Below are positions 23,801 to 35,215 of a stretch of 63,678 nt of DNA, one piece after another. The stretch's first letter is position 1. Each line of letters starts with the position of its first letter. The DNA is from Macrostomum lignano (taxonomy: Eukaryota), in contig NIVC01000170.1 in assembly GCA_002269645.1 (NCBI GenBank), positions 1-63,678 of the forward strand. The letters are read 5' to 3'. A program made the translations under genes and the position numbers. The notes under the pieces are model-generated. The model saw only the letters and a list, made by a program, of their open reading frames with translations. It was not told the origin of the DNA and searched no databases.

Positions 23801-26800
23801 AATGGATAAAAACTGCTTTGAACACCAGCTTACCGAATGTCTTTCAAGAAGGGCCTCGGCGCTGGTGATGTCGTGAGCCAGTTCATCTGAGGACACCAAA
23901 GCCATCATGGTGTCGATCCAGGACTTCAGGTCTCTGCAATTCAAATGCCATTTGTTTAAACTGCTGCACAATAAATGTTGACAGTTTAAGCCAATCTGCA
24001 AACTGATCAATTCAATCTGCAAACTGATCAATCCAATCTGCAAACTGATCAATCCAATCTGCAAACTGATCCATTCAATCTGCAAACTGAAAAATTCGAT
24101 CTGCAAACTGATAAATTCAATTTGTAGACTGATCAATCCAATCTGTAGACTGATCAATCCAATCAGCAAACTGATCAATCCAATTTACAAACTGATTAAT
24201 CCAATTTGCAAACTGTTTAATCCGATCAGCAAACTGATCAATCCAATTTACAAACTGATTAATCCAATTTGCAAACTGATTAATCCAATTTGCAAACTGT
24301 TTAATCCGATCAGCAAACTGATCAATCCAATTTACAAACTGATTAATCCAATTTGCAAACTGTTCAATCCAATCTACTAAGCAGTCTGCAATAGCAGAGC
24401 AGACTCACCTGTAATCAGCCATGAACCGCTGCAGCTCCTCGGAGGCCTCCAGTTTAGTCTTGCGCATATCGGCTCTGCTAGTGAGATCGCGCCACTTGCC
24501 CAACACCTCGTCCAGGTGATCAGTGATGGCGTTCATCTCCTCTGGGTGCTCCTTGGTCAGCTGGGAGGCCTTGGCATCCAGATCGCGGATTCGCTCGTCC
24601 AGCGCGTTGAGATCGCGCTCCAGAGCGCCGTGCTTGCGCCGGAGCCGCTGCACAGACGGCAGGTCTTTGCCAACATCGTCAATGGAGACGGCCATCTCCT
24701 TCTCGTTGATCCATTCGGCGGTTTCGTCAAGGTCGCGATGGAACAGCTGAACAGCGTGGCACTTCTCCAGCTGGTTAGCCTTCTCCTGGGTCATGGAGTC
24801 CAGGGCTGTCCAGCGCTGGCTGAGGTTCTCAACTTGAGTAGTGATCTTCTCGACAGCCTCAGTCTGGCCTAGCAGAGTCAGCTGGTCCGCCACGGCTTTC
24901 AGATCTTCGATCTTCTTCTTTTTGTCTTCTTTGCTTTTTAGCATCTCGTTGAAACGCTTCTGCTGCTCTTCGACTTTGTCGAATACTTCCTCCTGCGATT
25001 GGGTTGGAGAATTATTTTGTAACTTTACAACTGATCAATACAATCTACAGATCAGTCAAACCAATCTACAGATCAGTCAAACCAATCTACAGATCAGTCA
25101 AACCAATCTAAAAATCGGCGAAACTAATCTACAAATCGGTCAAACCAATCTACAAATCGGTCAAACCAATCTACAAATCGGTTAAAGCAATCTACAAATC
25201 GGTTAAAGCAATCTACAAATCAGTTAAACAAATCTACAAATCGGTCAAACCAATCTACAAATCAGTTAAACAAATCTACAAATCGGTTAAAGCAATCTAA
25301 AAATCGGTCAAACCAATCTGAAAAACTGTTAAACCAATCTACAAATCAGTGTAACCAATCTACAAATCGGTCAAACCAACCTACAAATAGGTCAAACCAA
25401 TCTAAAAATCGGTCAAACCAATCTAAAAATCGGTCAAACCAATCTAAAAATATGTCAAACCAATCTAAAAATATGTCAAACCAATCTAAAAATCGGTCAA
25501 ACCAATCTACAAATATGTCAAACCAATCTAAAAATCGGTCAAACCAATCTAAAAATATGTCAAACTAATCTAAAAATCTGTCAAACCAATCTACAAATAT
25601 GTCAAACCAATCTAAAAATCGGTCAAACCAATCTACAAATAGGTAAAAAACTGACAACCACTGACCTGCTCCTCTTCGATAATCTTAGTCTCGGTCTCCA
25701 CAATCCACTGAGACAGGTCATTGGCCTCGCGCACCAGTTTATAGGCATTATTAGACTGATTGAGTCTCTCGCTACGATCTTTGCCAACTTTGAGCAGGCG
25801 TTCGTATTGCTCTTCAATCTGCTTCTGCCGGGAAGCCACGGTGTTCTGCTCAATCAGGTGAGCCTGGCTGTCGCTCAGCGGAGCGTCAATCTTCTTCACG
25901 CACTGCACGGGCACGTAGCCCTGACCGTCGTTCTTCTCAACCTTCCAGAACTGACTGTGGTTGGTGCTAATGAGGGTCAGGATCTCATTCTTGCGCACAA
26001 TGATAGGCATGGGGTTGGGCACGGGAGCTTTGTAGCCGTCATAGTCGTGAATGACGACAACTTTCTCGCGAGCGAACGTGTCAGCGACGGGGGCTTCGCG
26101 CAGCTTGCAGCCGTCGGCTTGCTCACGAAGCTGCTCAATCTGAGCACCGTAGGCTTTCACATCCTCAATGAGGGACTCGTGCTTCTTGATCAGCGCCTCG
26201 GTGGAATCTTCATCTTTGCCGAAATCGATGCTGGACACAAGCGGTTCCTTCTCCTTCATCCAGATCTCAGCCTCGTTGGCATTGGCAAAGTACTGCTGGG
26301 CCTGCATTGAGTCCTGCAGCAGCTGGGCCCTGTCATCGGCCCTCTGGCGCAGCTGGTCCCAGCGATTGCGCAGCTTGCTAATCCGGCTGGCAATTTCGTC
26401 CTTGGCAAAGTGGTCCTCGGCAACCATGTTCTCGCCTTCGGTGGCCACTTCGTGAATTCTAGGCTCGTGATTGTCCAGCTCGGTGATGAGAGCCTGGTGC
26501 CGCTTCATCAGGCTTTGCACGCCGATTAGGTCGCGGCCTAAAGCGGGGAGAGTCGGTTTGGCGACATTTTTATTACCGTTTGATTTGTGCAGTGTTGCAT
26601 TAATCATTTCGATACATATCGGCAGGTTTTATATAACAGTTCTGATACATATCAATAATTTTGAGTAGTTTCGACAAATACAGTTCTATATAGTTTCTAT
26701 ACATATAGGCAAATTTAAGAATTTTCAATACATATCGGCAATTTTGAGCATTTTCGATACATATCGGCAATTTTGAGCTTTTCGATACATATAGGCAATT

Positions 26801-29800
26801 TTTAACATTTTCGATACATATCGGCAATTTTGAGCATTTTCGATACATATCGCCAAGTTTGAGTAGTTTCGAGACATATGGGCAGTTTTATATAGTTTCG
26901 ATACATATCGGCAGTCATCAGGGCTCTAAAAGGCCTGTAATGCAATGCAAATAGTTGTTCTGACCCGCAAATGAGTCGCGCTTATAATAATAAGCTTGGG
27001 TGAAATTACACGCTTAGCCCAAATCGACTCGTGAAGTTTAGTCAGATTATTTTGATCTACGATGATCTAAAAATGACCGAGCCACTGATAAGTAAATAGT
27101 ACCGCTGTTTATTTGCCATATTTCACAAGCTGGGCCTGAGCTAATATCAGACTACAGAATGTGCAATACAGCAATGCAATACAAGGCTTCTAATCGGTCA
27201 TGGAACGTCATCGCGACAATCAGTTCTCATCCCAAATCTTGAAAACAATCTCACTCCAAGTCATGAAAAAAAAACTCTAAATCTTGAGAGAGTCACATCC
27301 CAGATCATAAAAAATCTCAAAACCTAAATCATGAAAAATCTCACCCCAAATCTTGAAAAATCTCACCCGAAATTTTGAAAGATCTCACCCCAAATCTTGA
27401 AAAATCTCACCACAAATCATGAAAAACCTCTCCCTAAATCATGAAAAATCTCTCCCTAAATCATGAAAAACCTCTCCCTAAATCTTGAAAAACCTCTCCC
27501 TAAATCATGAAAAACCTCTCCCTAAATCTTGAAAAATCTCTTTAAATCATGAAAAATGTCACCACAAATCATGAAAAACCTCTCCCTAAATCATGAAAAA
27601 TGTCACCACAAATCATGAAAAACCTCTCCCTAAATCATGAAAAATGTCACCACAAATCATGAAAAATGTCACCACAAATCATGAAAAATGTCACCCTAAA
27701 TCATGAAAAATGTCACCACAAATCATGAAAAATGTCACAGGTCTAGAAAAATGTCACCACAAATCATGAAAAATGTCACCACAAATCATGAAAAATGTCA
27801 CCACAAATCATGAAAAATGTCACCACAAATCATGAAAAATGTCACCACAAATCATGAAAAATGTCACCACAAATCATGAAAAATGTCACCACAAATCATG
27901 AAAAATGTCACCACAAATCATGAAAAATGTCACCACAAATCATGAAAAATGTCACCACAAATCATGAAAAATGTCACCACAAATCAGGAAAAATGTCACA
28001 GGTCTAGAAAAATGTCACCACAAATCATGAAAAATGTCACCACAAATCATGAAAAATGTCACCACAAATCATGAAAAATGTCACCACAAATCATGAAAAA
28101 TGTCACCACAAATCATGAAAAATGTCACCACAAATCATGAAAAATGTCACAGGTCTAGAAAAATGTCACCATAAATCATAAAAAAGAATCTTCAAAAGAA
28201 AGCTGACTCACCCCTATTAGTGCTGGCAGCCAGAGCCTCCTTCTCCCTAATCCAGTCCTCCTCATCCTCGATATCCCTGAGCAGCTGGTGCAGTTTATGC
28301 GCAGCGGCCAGACGCTCCTTGCGCTTCTGCAGCGGCTCCTGCATGGCCGCGTACCGCTGATCCACTTCGCGCTGTCTGGCCCGGATCTTATCAGCATCGA
28401 AATGACCGCTGTCTTCGAACTCGTCCGCCTTCTTAGCAAAATATTGCACCCGATCCTGGTGGGCGGCAATGTCTGCTTCTAGCAGATTGTGCTTCTTCTG
28501 CAGATTGGCAACAGCGTCCAAGTTCAAGCCGGTGTCCTCTGACATCAGCTGGCCTTCAGTCTCGGTCAGCCACATTTCGAAATCTTCAATATTCCTAGTG
28601 AACTGCAGCTGATCGTTGGCCTGCTCAAGCTTAGTGTTCTTGTTCTCCATCTCAGCCAGCAGGCGATTCCACATCTCGTCAAGTTCGGCGATTCTCTCGC
28701 CAATGTTGTCAGCGTTGGCGTGCTCGTTGGCGAGAAGTTCTTCGCCGAATTTTTTCAAAGCTTGGAGGCGCTTGTCGTTGGCGATCACTTCGGCCTGGGT
28801 GAGGGTCAGAGGGGTCAGACTACGGTGTGTTTTTAATCGTCTGTTTATCTACATGTAGACAGTTCCAAATCCTTCACGGACACTTCCTGTGACTCCCGTT
28901 TGACTCTCTGATCTGACTCATCAAACTTAATGACCACCGCCTGACTTTAATGACCCACAGCTGACTCTTAATGACCCACAGCTGACTCTTAAGGACCCAC
29001 AGCTGACTCTTAATGACCCACAGCTGACTCTTAATGACCCACAGCTGACTCTTAATGACCCACAGCTGACTCTTAAGGACCCACAGCTGACTCTTAAGGA
29101 CCCACAGCTGACTCTTAAGGACCCACAGCTGACTCTTAATGACCCCCCTGACTCTATATAACATCAACTGACTCATAATGACCCACGGCTGACTCTAAAT
29201 GACCCCTCTGACTCTATATAACATCAACTGACTCTTAATGACCCACAGCTGACTCTAAATGACCCCCCTGACTCTATATAACATCAACTGACTCTTAATG
29301 ACCCACTGCTAACACTTAAGGACCCACAGCTGACTCTTAATGACCCACAGCTGACTCTTAATGACCCCCTGACTCTATATAACATCAACTGACTCTTAAT
29401 GACCCCCCTGACTCTATATAACATCAACTGACTCTTATTGACCCACAGCTGACTCTTAATGACCCCCTAACTCTATATAACATCAACTGACTCTTAATGA
29501 CCCCCCTGACTCTATATAACATCAACTGACTCTTAATGACCACCATCCGACTCTAATGACTCACACCTGACTCTTAATGACCACTATCTGACTCTAATGA
29601 CTCACACCTGACTCTTAATGACCCCCCCTCGACTTTAAATAACAACAGCTCAGCTGACTCCTAACAACCCACAGCTGACTCTTAAGAACCCCTATCTCTA
29701 GTAATAGGCCCCGTCCGACTCTATGACTGTCTACCTGAAGTTTTAATTGAACTTACTAAGAAGATACAGAAGAAACATAACACAGCTCTTTCTAAACCTT

Positions 29801-32249
29801 CAAGCTCTTAATCTATCAACAATCCCCTCTCTAAGATACAAAACAAACACTCGGACAAACCTTGAAGTTCTGATGCTTCTGCAGTTTGCTCTGCAGGTTA
29901 GACGGATCTTTGTAGTTCTCATCCGTGGCGTGCTTCAGTTTCTCCGCAATCCAAGACTTCATCTCGTCAGCGTCCCGGTCGAAGGTTTGATAATTGCGCG
30001 ACTCATCCAGGGCAGCCTTGCGCTTCTTGGCCTTCTCCAACAGGTGCTCCCATTTCACCTGGAGGTCTTTGTTCCGTTTGCTAATATCGTCAACAGCGTA
30101 GTGCTTGCTAGAGATCAGATTGTTGGCATGCTCGTCAACTAGGGTGATCTTCTGCTGCTGAGCTGCCAGAGACTTTTCAAAGTCTTCCTGTTTGCTGATC
30201 AGAGCTTCAACGGTGTCCATTGAGTCGCCAACATCTTTGTTATCCAGGAATGCCTCCTGCTTGTTAATCCAAGACTCAAGTTGGTCAGAGTCTCTGTAGA
30301 ACAGCTGCAGATCCATGCACTGTTTGTACTCCAGCTCCTTTGTCTCAATCAGATCGTCCACTTCCTTCTTCTCTTTGGTCAGGAGCTCCATTCGTTCCGC
30401 CACCTCGTCTTTCGCCGCGTGATCACCTGGTGGAAAAAATATTTGATTGTAATGATAACGATTGGCTTTGGCTCAGTGACCTCTTCTATTATCACTTAAT
30501 TGGCGCCTAATTATCTCACATAAAGCCTCATCATCTCATAAGACGCCTCATTATCTCACCTGGCGCTTTATCATCTCACACGGCGCCTCATCATCTCACC
30601 ACTTGGTGTCTCATCATCTTACATGGCGATGGCGCCTCATTGTTTCATCTGCGCCTCATTTGACCTGAAACCTCATTGTTTCACCTGGCGCCTAATTGGT
30701 TCATCTGCGCCTCATTCTACCCGGAACCTCATTGCTTAATTACCTGGCGCCTCATTTTACCTACCGCCTAATTACATCACCTGGCGCCTTTCTACCTTAC
30801 TTAACTTCTCGTTATCTAGAACCTGGTACATCACCTGGTGCCTAAACACGTTATTATAACAACTATCAGATATCAGCTAACCCATCACCATTGCAATTGC
30901 CATCACTGTTAACACCTGCCCAACACCGACAATAACTTACTATCGAGGAGAGCCCGACCCTGCTGCAGTGTATTCTCATAAGCCTCATTGCGGGCGTCAA
31001 CTTCATTTTTGTGCTCAAAGATTCGCTCGAGCAGAGCCTCTGCGCCAGCCACATCGTTTGCTAGACTGTCCGCGGCAACAACGCTTTTCATAGCGCCCAG
31101 CCAGGATGCCAGCTCCCTGGAGTCGGTCAAGAACCGGTGCAAATTGTAGGCATCATCAAGGCGAGCCTTCCTCTTAGCCGCTTTCGATTTCAGAGCCTCC
31201 CATTTGTCGCTAAGCTGGTCGCGGGTTCGCCTCAAGTCGTCGGCGTGATCAGTGTACTTATCCGACAGTTGGTCGGCAGCTTCAACCAGTTTGCCAACTT
31301 TCTTTTGCAAAGCGTCCAGATCGCGTTCCAGACCGTCGTGCTTGCGCTGCAGAGCTTGAATAGACGGCAGGTCGCGGCCAGTATCGTCGCTAGACAATGA
31401 AGCATCTTTCTCATTGATCCAATTCTCAGTTTCCATGGCGTCTCGGTAATATTTAGTCACTTCGTACTTTTCAAACAGGCGCTGCTGCTTGCGAGAGGCC
31501 TTCTCTTTAAGACGGCGCATCGCCTCTACAAGTTCGTCTTTTTTGTTGGTAATTCTCTGCTCCTCGGGATGCTCCTCGCGGATGAGCTTGTCGGCCGCGT
31601 TGCCAACCTCCTCGACTCGCTGCTCCTGGTGCTGCAGGTCAAGCATGAACTCGTCGAACATCTTTTGCTGCTGTTCAACAACGTCCATGTCTTTCTCATC
31701 CACTGCATCGAAATCGTTGCTTTCAACGTACTCCTGCTTGAGCTTGATCCAATTAAGCACATTATCAGCCTCGCGCAGAAACTGAAAGTACTCAAGAGCC
31801 TGCTGCAGCTTGCGACCCTTCTCTTGCAGCAGCTTCATCAGCTTGTCCCAAAGATCGTGCAGCTCTTCAAGGCGTTTGCCAACCTCGTCACTCTTGGCGT
31901 GACCATCGTCAATCATAGTCTTGCCAGTGGCGTCAAGATTCTGCAGAGTGTTGGAATGAGCTGTGACCTCAGCTTCAATAGCTTGATGCTTCTGGATCTT
32001 GCTCTGCAAGCTGTTATAATCTGTGTAGCTGTCATCGCTGATAGCTTGGATCTTCTCAAGGATCCAGTTCTCCAGCTCGTCGGCATCGCGTTTAAACAGC
32101 TGATATTTCTTGGCTTCTTCAAGCTCTTTCTTGCGCTCCTCTGTCTTTTTCTTGAAGTCACTGTACCGGCCAAGTACTTCATTACGTCGGCCTTGAATGT
32201 CATCGACAGTTTCGAGGATTTTCACCTCTTTCTGACCTGGCTCAGCCAT
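11114..32249 (-). CDS. SPTAN1: Alpha-spectrin (non-erythroid type), full gene: join of 12 exons, 2427 aa
   Basis: N-terminus KEVKILETVDDIQGRRNEVL (alpha0 tetramerisation helix); consecutive ~106-aa spectrin repeats; SH3 inserted in repeat 9; C-terminal EF-hands. Exon lengths 1309+566+583+872+584+100+709+359+407+466+582+747 = 7284 nt, divisible by 3, and all 11 introns are GT-AG with matching phases. Confidence 0.96.
11866..12130. repeat. 22-bp minisatellite (ttggagatgaagggtttgtagg), spectrin intron 11
   Basis: Direct reading; runs up to the acceptor. Confidence 0.95.
12234..12815 (-). CDS. SPTAN1: Alpha-spectrin exon 11 (582 nt, phase 0/0)
   Basis: cgcag|GCATTC ... GACTGG|gtaagc. Confidence 0.95.
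12885..13965. repeat. 20-bp minisatellite (ccctacagacccttcattca), ~53 units, spectrin intron 10
   Basis: Direct reading. Confidence 0.97.
13987..14452 (-). CDS. SPTAN1: Alpha-spectrin exon 10
   Basis: ccgcag|GTAC ... CTGCAG|gtgagc. Confidence 0.95.
14498..15252. repeat. 21-bp minisatellite (ccaatctgcctctcagctgcc), spectrin intron 9
   Basis: Direct reading. Confidence 0.97.
15279..15685 (-). CDS. SPTAN1: Alpha-spectrin exon 9
   Basis: atgcag|GAGCGC ... GTCAA|gtgagt. Confidence 0.95.
15727..16980. repeat. 22/24-bp minisatellite (acacaatccggcgccacattagag), spectrin intron 8
   Basis: Direct reading. Confidence 0.97.
17005..17363 (-). CDS. SPTAN1: Alpha-spectrin exon 8
   Basis: catcag|AGCTA ... 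GTGCAG|gtgcgg. Confidence 0.93.
17544..17960. mobile_element. MITE / foldback element with ~145-bp terminal inverted repeats, in spectrin intron 7
   Basis: ~17548-17693 is the near-perfect reverse complement of ~17810-17954 (tttgtcatgctatctcagcc ... ggctgagatagcatgacaaaa); possible TA flanks; no ORF. Confidence 0.85.
18950..19715. repeat. ~21-bp degenerate minisatellite (ttcattcacacaaattatagt), spectrin intron 7
   Basis: Direct reading. Confidence 0.9.
19770..20478 (-). CDS. SPTAN1: Alpha-spectrin exon 7
   Basis: tctcag|GAGCAC ... CAGA|gtgagt. Confidence 0.95.
20590..20762. repeat. 32-bp minisatellite (gatacatatcggcagtcgctataactgatttc), spectrin intron 6
   Basis: Direct reading, ~5 units. 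Confidence 0.9.
21385..22965. repeat. 28/42-bp composite minisatellite with a 168-bp higher-order period, spectrin intron 6
   Basis: Units gaggatctgggaggctgacctagcaact (28) and gagtattgaggactggggatctgggagactgacctagcaact (42); 56-aa periodicity in the ORF track. Confidence 0.93.
23834..23933 (-). CDS. SPTAN1: Alpha-spectrin exon 6 (100 nt)
   Basis: ttgcag|AGACCTG ... CATTCG|gtaagc; encodes DLKSWIDTMMALVSSDELAHDITSAEALLERHS. Confidence 0.93.
23985..24380. repeat. 21-bp minisatellite (ctgcaaactgatcaatccaat), spectrin intron 5
   Basis: Direct reading. Confidence 0.9.
24409..24992 (-). CDS. SPTAN1: Alpha-spectrin exon 5
   Basis: tcgcag|GAGGAA ... TACAG|gtgagt. Confidence 0.94.
25035..25640. repeat. 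21-bp minisatellite (ctacaaatcggtcaaaccaat), spectrin intron 4
   Basis: Direct reading. Confidence 0.93.
25666..26537 (-). CDS. SPTAN1: Alpha-spectrin exon 4 (repeats 8-9, SH3 domain)
   Basis: ctttag|GCCGCGAC ... GAGCAG|gtcagt. Confidence 0.95.
26605..26910. repeat. ~31-bp minisatellite (ttcgatacatatcggcaattttgagcattt), spectrin intron 3
   Basis: Direct reading. Confidence 0.85.
27290..28180. repeat. 22-bp minisatellite (aatcatgaaaaatgtcaccaca), spectrin intron 3
   Basis: Direct reading. Confidence 0.95.
28212..28794 (-). CDS. SPTAN1: Alpha-spectrin exon 3
   Basis: acccag|GCCGAA ... AATAGGG|gtgagt. Confidence 0.95.
28925..29690. repeat. 21-bp minisatellite (gactcttaatgacccacagct) with longer variants, spectrin intron 2
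   Basis: Direct reading. Confidence 0.93.
29861..30426 (-). CDS. SPTAN1: Alpha-spectrin exon 2
   Basis: caccag|GTGATCAC ... TTCAAG|gtttgt. Confidence 0.94.
30500..30845. repeat. Degenerate ~20-bp repeat (ggcgcctcattatctcac-like), spectrin intron 1
   Basis: Recurrent gcgcctca / tcatctca motifs. Confidence 0.7.
30941..32249 (-). CDS. SPTAN1: Alpha-spectrin first coding exon (alpha0 plus repeats 1-4)
   Basis: ATG at 32249 (gcaaATGG); donor GATA|gtaagt. Confidence 0.95.
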
Positions 32250-34419
32250 TTGCTAGCTTGTTTTGGGAGTTTAGAAACTTTGTGCAGACTTTAGTATATG
32301 CTTGCTTAGTTGCTGGAAGATTTTGGTTCAAAATTGAAATATGAACTAAACCTTCAAATTCAAGAATTAGCAATTAGCCATATTGCTCAAAATGGATGTT
32401 AACAGACAATAATAAAGACCTTTATAATAATAAGAAAAAATGATAATGTCATAAATGATGTTCTTTATTATTAAACTGATATAGAGGGTGTGCTCTACTA
32501 CAAAGCAGTGTGTCCCTTAGATATTCTATGTACTATCTAGGTAGGGATAGGGATAAATCACTAATCACTTTTTGCACTTTGCAGCATGGGCTGGTCCTAA
32601 TTGACTATCTCATTTTTGGTTGAGTCTGCATGACTAGTAGCTAAAGGAAAAGACTTGGACTTATATTGCTTTGGCCTAGTATAAGGCTCTTTGTAACTTC
32701 TTTCTGAGCTATACCTTTTTTAATTTGTGAAACACTTTGTCAATTGTTATAAACCTAAATAAAATTAATTGTTACTTTTATAACTTTTTTTGAAATTAAA
32801 CTTTTTTTAGTATAAATATTTTTCAACTGGCAATATTAAAACAAAAGATTAATATTTAGAAAATAATATTTAAAGACAAAAGATAAAAGCTTAAAAGATA
32901 AAGGCCCAAGGCTAAGGTAAGGTTTTAGTATTACAATTATATATACTGTAAAAAACTTCAGACTTGAAAATACTTTTACAAAACTTTTTAATAGAAAATA
33001 TGCAATATAAATATATATATATTTGTATAATAAATTAATAACTCAATAAATAATATATAGTATATTTTCAAAAGCATTAGACAAGGAAAATATAAATTTC
33101 TAATATACAAATGATCTCTTTTAGAGTTGGCATATATATTTTGGCATAGTAATTTATGTACACAAGGAGTTACCTAGAAATATTTAGGAATAATATTTAG
33201 AAATAAAAAGCCTTGCTTTTAAAGCATTAAACAATGATTTTTATAGAAAAAACACTATTTAAAGATAAATAGCCTTGCAAAGTATTGGAACTTGTAATTA
33301 AAATAATTTTTCTATGTTTTAAAGAATAAGTCTAAAAGTAAAATGTTTTAGCCTTTAGTTTATTCAATATAGATACAAATATTTCTATAAATTTAAAAAA
33401 AATGAAATAAACTTTTTAAAGATAAAGCTATTATATATTTATAATATATTTGCAAAACAATTATTAAACTACATACTTACAACATTTCACTATATAAAAT
33501 TTCTTATTAAAATTTTCATAGTCCTAACTTTAATATGCTTTTTTGCAAACTAAAATAGCATATCACAACTTTTTATAGGTTTTTATGTATATGCTATATA
33601 TATATGCTATAGACAACATGCTATATACCAAAATTTAGATGCCACAAGACTTTTCAAAAAAATGTGCACTAAGTGTGTGCAATGTACTAGCTAGGCCTAC
33701 TGCAAATCTGTGCTAGAAATTTCTAGTGCAAATAATGATCTTAAATATAGCCTAGTTGGAATTCAATGTTCATATTTTTAATATCTATTTAAGCCTATAC
33801 TTTAAGTTATAATTCAAATAAAATGTTAAAACATTAAATTTTTTTGTAGAATTGGTCTAGTCCCAAACTTTTAGCTTTAGCCTTTATTAGGTAGGCCTAG
33901 GCCCCTACATAAAATGATAATATTAATAGGGCCTACATGATTTAATATGATTAAATTAATTTTAAGATTAGGCCTAGGCCTAGGATTTAGGAATGGGGTA
34001 GCTAGTACTCACTAGAAAAGGGTAAACCTTGGAAGTACTAGAGGAGATTGAGAATGAAAACCAAAGCAATGCAGTCCTCAGAACAGCTTCAATATATTTC
34101 ACAACACTAGCCTACCTATTGGGGGATGATCTGTCCATTTCAAAATTAAATTCCCAAACATTAGGCCCTACAAAAAATAACTTTAAAATATTTCAAAATA
34201 TCATTATGATAAATTAACCAGAACTCAGAATTTATTTAGCAATTGACGGAAATTTCCCGGTAATATTTACACATTTTAAATTACCGCTAAAATGACTCTT
34301 CTAGGCGTAGTAAACGAAAGAAACGTTTAATATGTTTTTTTATATTTCATCAAAGTATATTTTATGCCAGAAAGCGAGCATGTATTAGGTCAAAAATTCA
34401 TGGAATAAGTAGAAAAACT

Positions 34420-34603
34420 CAGGGGCGTAGCCAAGGGGGGGGGGTCATGGGGGTCATGACCCCCCCCAGCCGGCTGATCCAGGCCAAATTTTCAGCACAC
34501 CCCCTCCCCCGTCGCAGAGGCCTAGCACCCTCTGCCCCCAGTTGCCGCTGAGAGCCTGTGACTATGACCCCCCCCCCAGAAGGAAATCCTGGTTACGACA
34601 CTG
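34420..34603. mobile_element. Short MITE (hAT-like termini)
   Basis: Imperfect TIRs caggggcgtagccaagg / cctggttacgacactg; flanking 8-mers gaaaaact / aaaaaacc match 6 of 8 (decayed TSD?). Confidence 0.6.
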
Positions 34604-34757
34604 AAAAAACCGCATGGATTCTTTATGAACCGGCCGTCTGCACAGTACCGACTAACTTGCACGCACTGCACCAAACAGCTAAAACCCATGCATGGTTCAA
34701 GTCTCGCTCCGTTCGTTCCATTCATATACTAAAAATGATCTGTCGGACGTAGGTACA

Positions 34758-34800
34758 TGTATATATATATATATACATATATACATATATATATATACAC

Positions 34801-34873
<73 letters not shown>
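34758..34873. repeat. (TA)n-(TG)n compound microsatellite
   Basis: Direct reading. Confidence 0.95.
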
Positions 34874-34874
<1 letters not shown>

Positions 34875-35019
34875 TCGATTCTAGAAAAAAGTGATTCAGC
34901 TGATTTCTAGTTGCTGAAAGTTATGCGTGTAAATTGGTTTGTTGGTTCAAAGATTTTGAGGTATAGGGAACAGTGTTAACTTGAGTCAGCGGCGCTCTAT
35001 ATATTAGCGGCGGTCAAAT

Positions 35020-35215
35020 GGCAGTTAAATTGCAGCGCTTAAATTGCATTTGCCCGGTGGCGAAACCGCGTCGGCGGGGAAATTGTGGCGGTTAAATTGC
35101 ATTTGCCCGGCGGTGAAATTATGGCGATGAAGTTGAGACGGTCATATAAATTCCATTTGCCCGGCGGTGAAATTTTCAGCGGGGAAATTGTCGGCGGTGA
35201 AATTGTGGCGATCAA
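35020..35215. repeat. Degenerate repeats of ttgcccggcggtgaaatt / ggcggtgaaattg
   Basis: Three to four related copies; possibly transposon subterminal repeats. Confidence 0.55.

Noticed and set aside
11391-32294. Plus-strand ORFs overlapping spectrin exons (e.g. 31569-32294, 25807-26310) and repeat ORFs in its introns
   Set aside because: Antisense shadows of GC3-rich coding exons or repeat artefacts; no recognisable domains.
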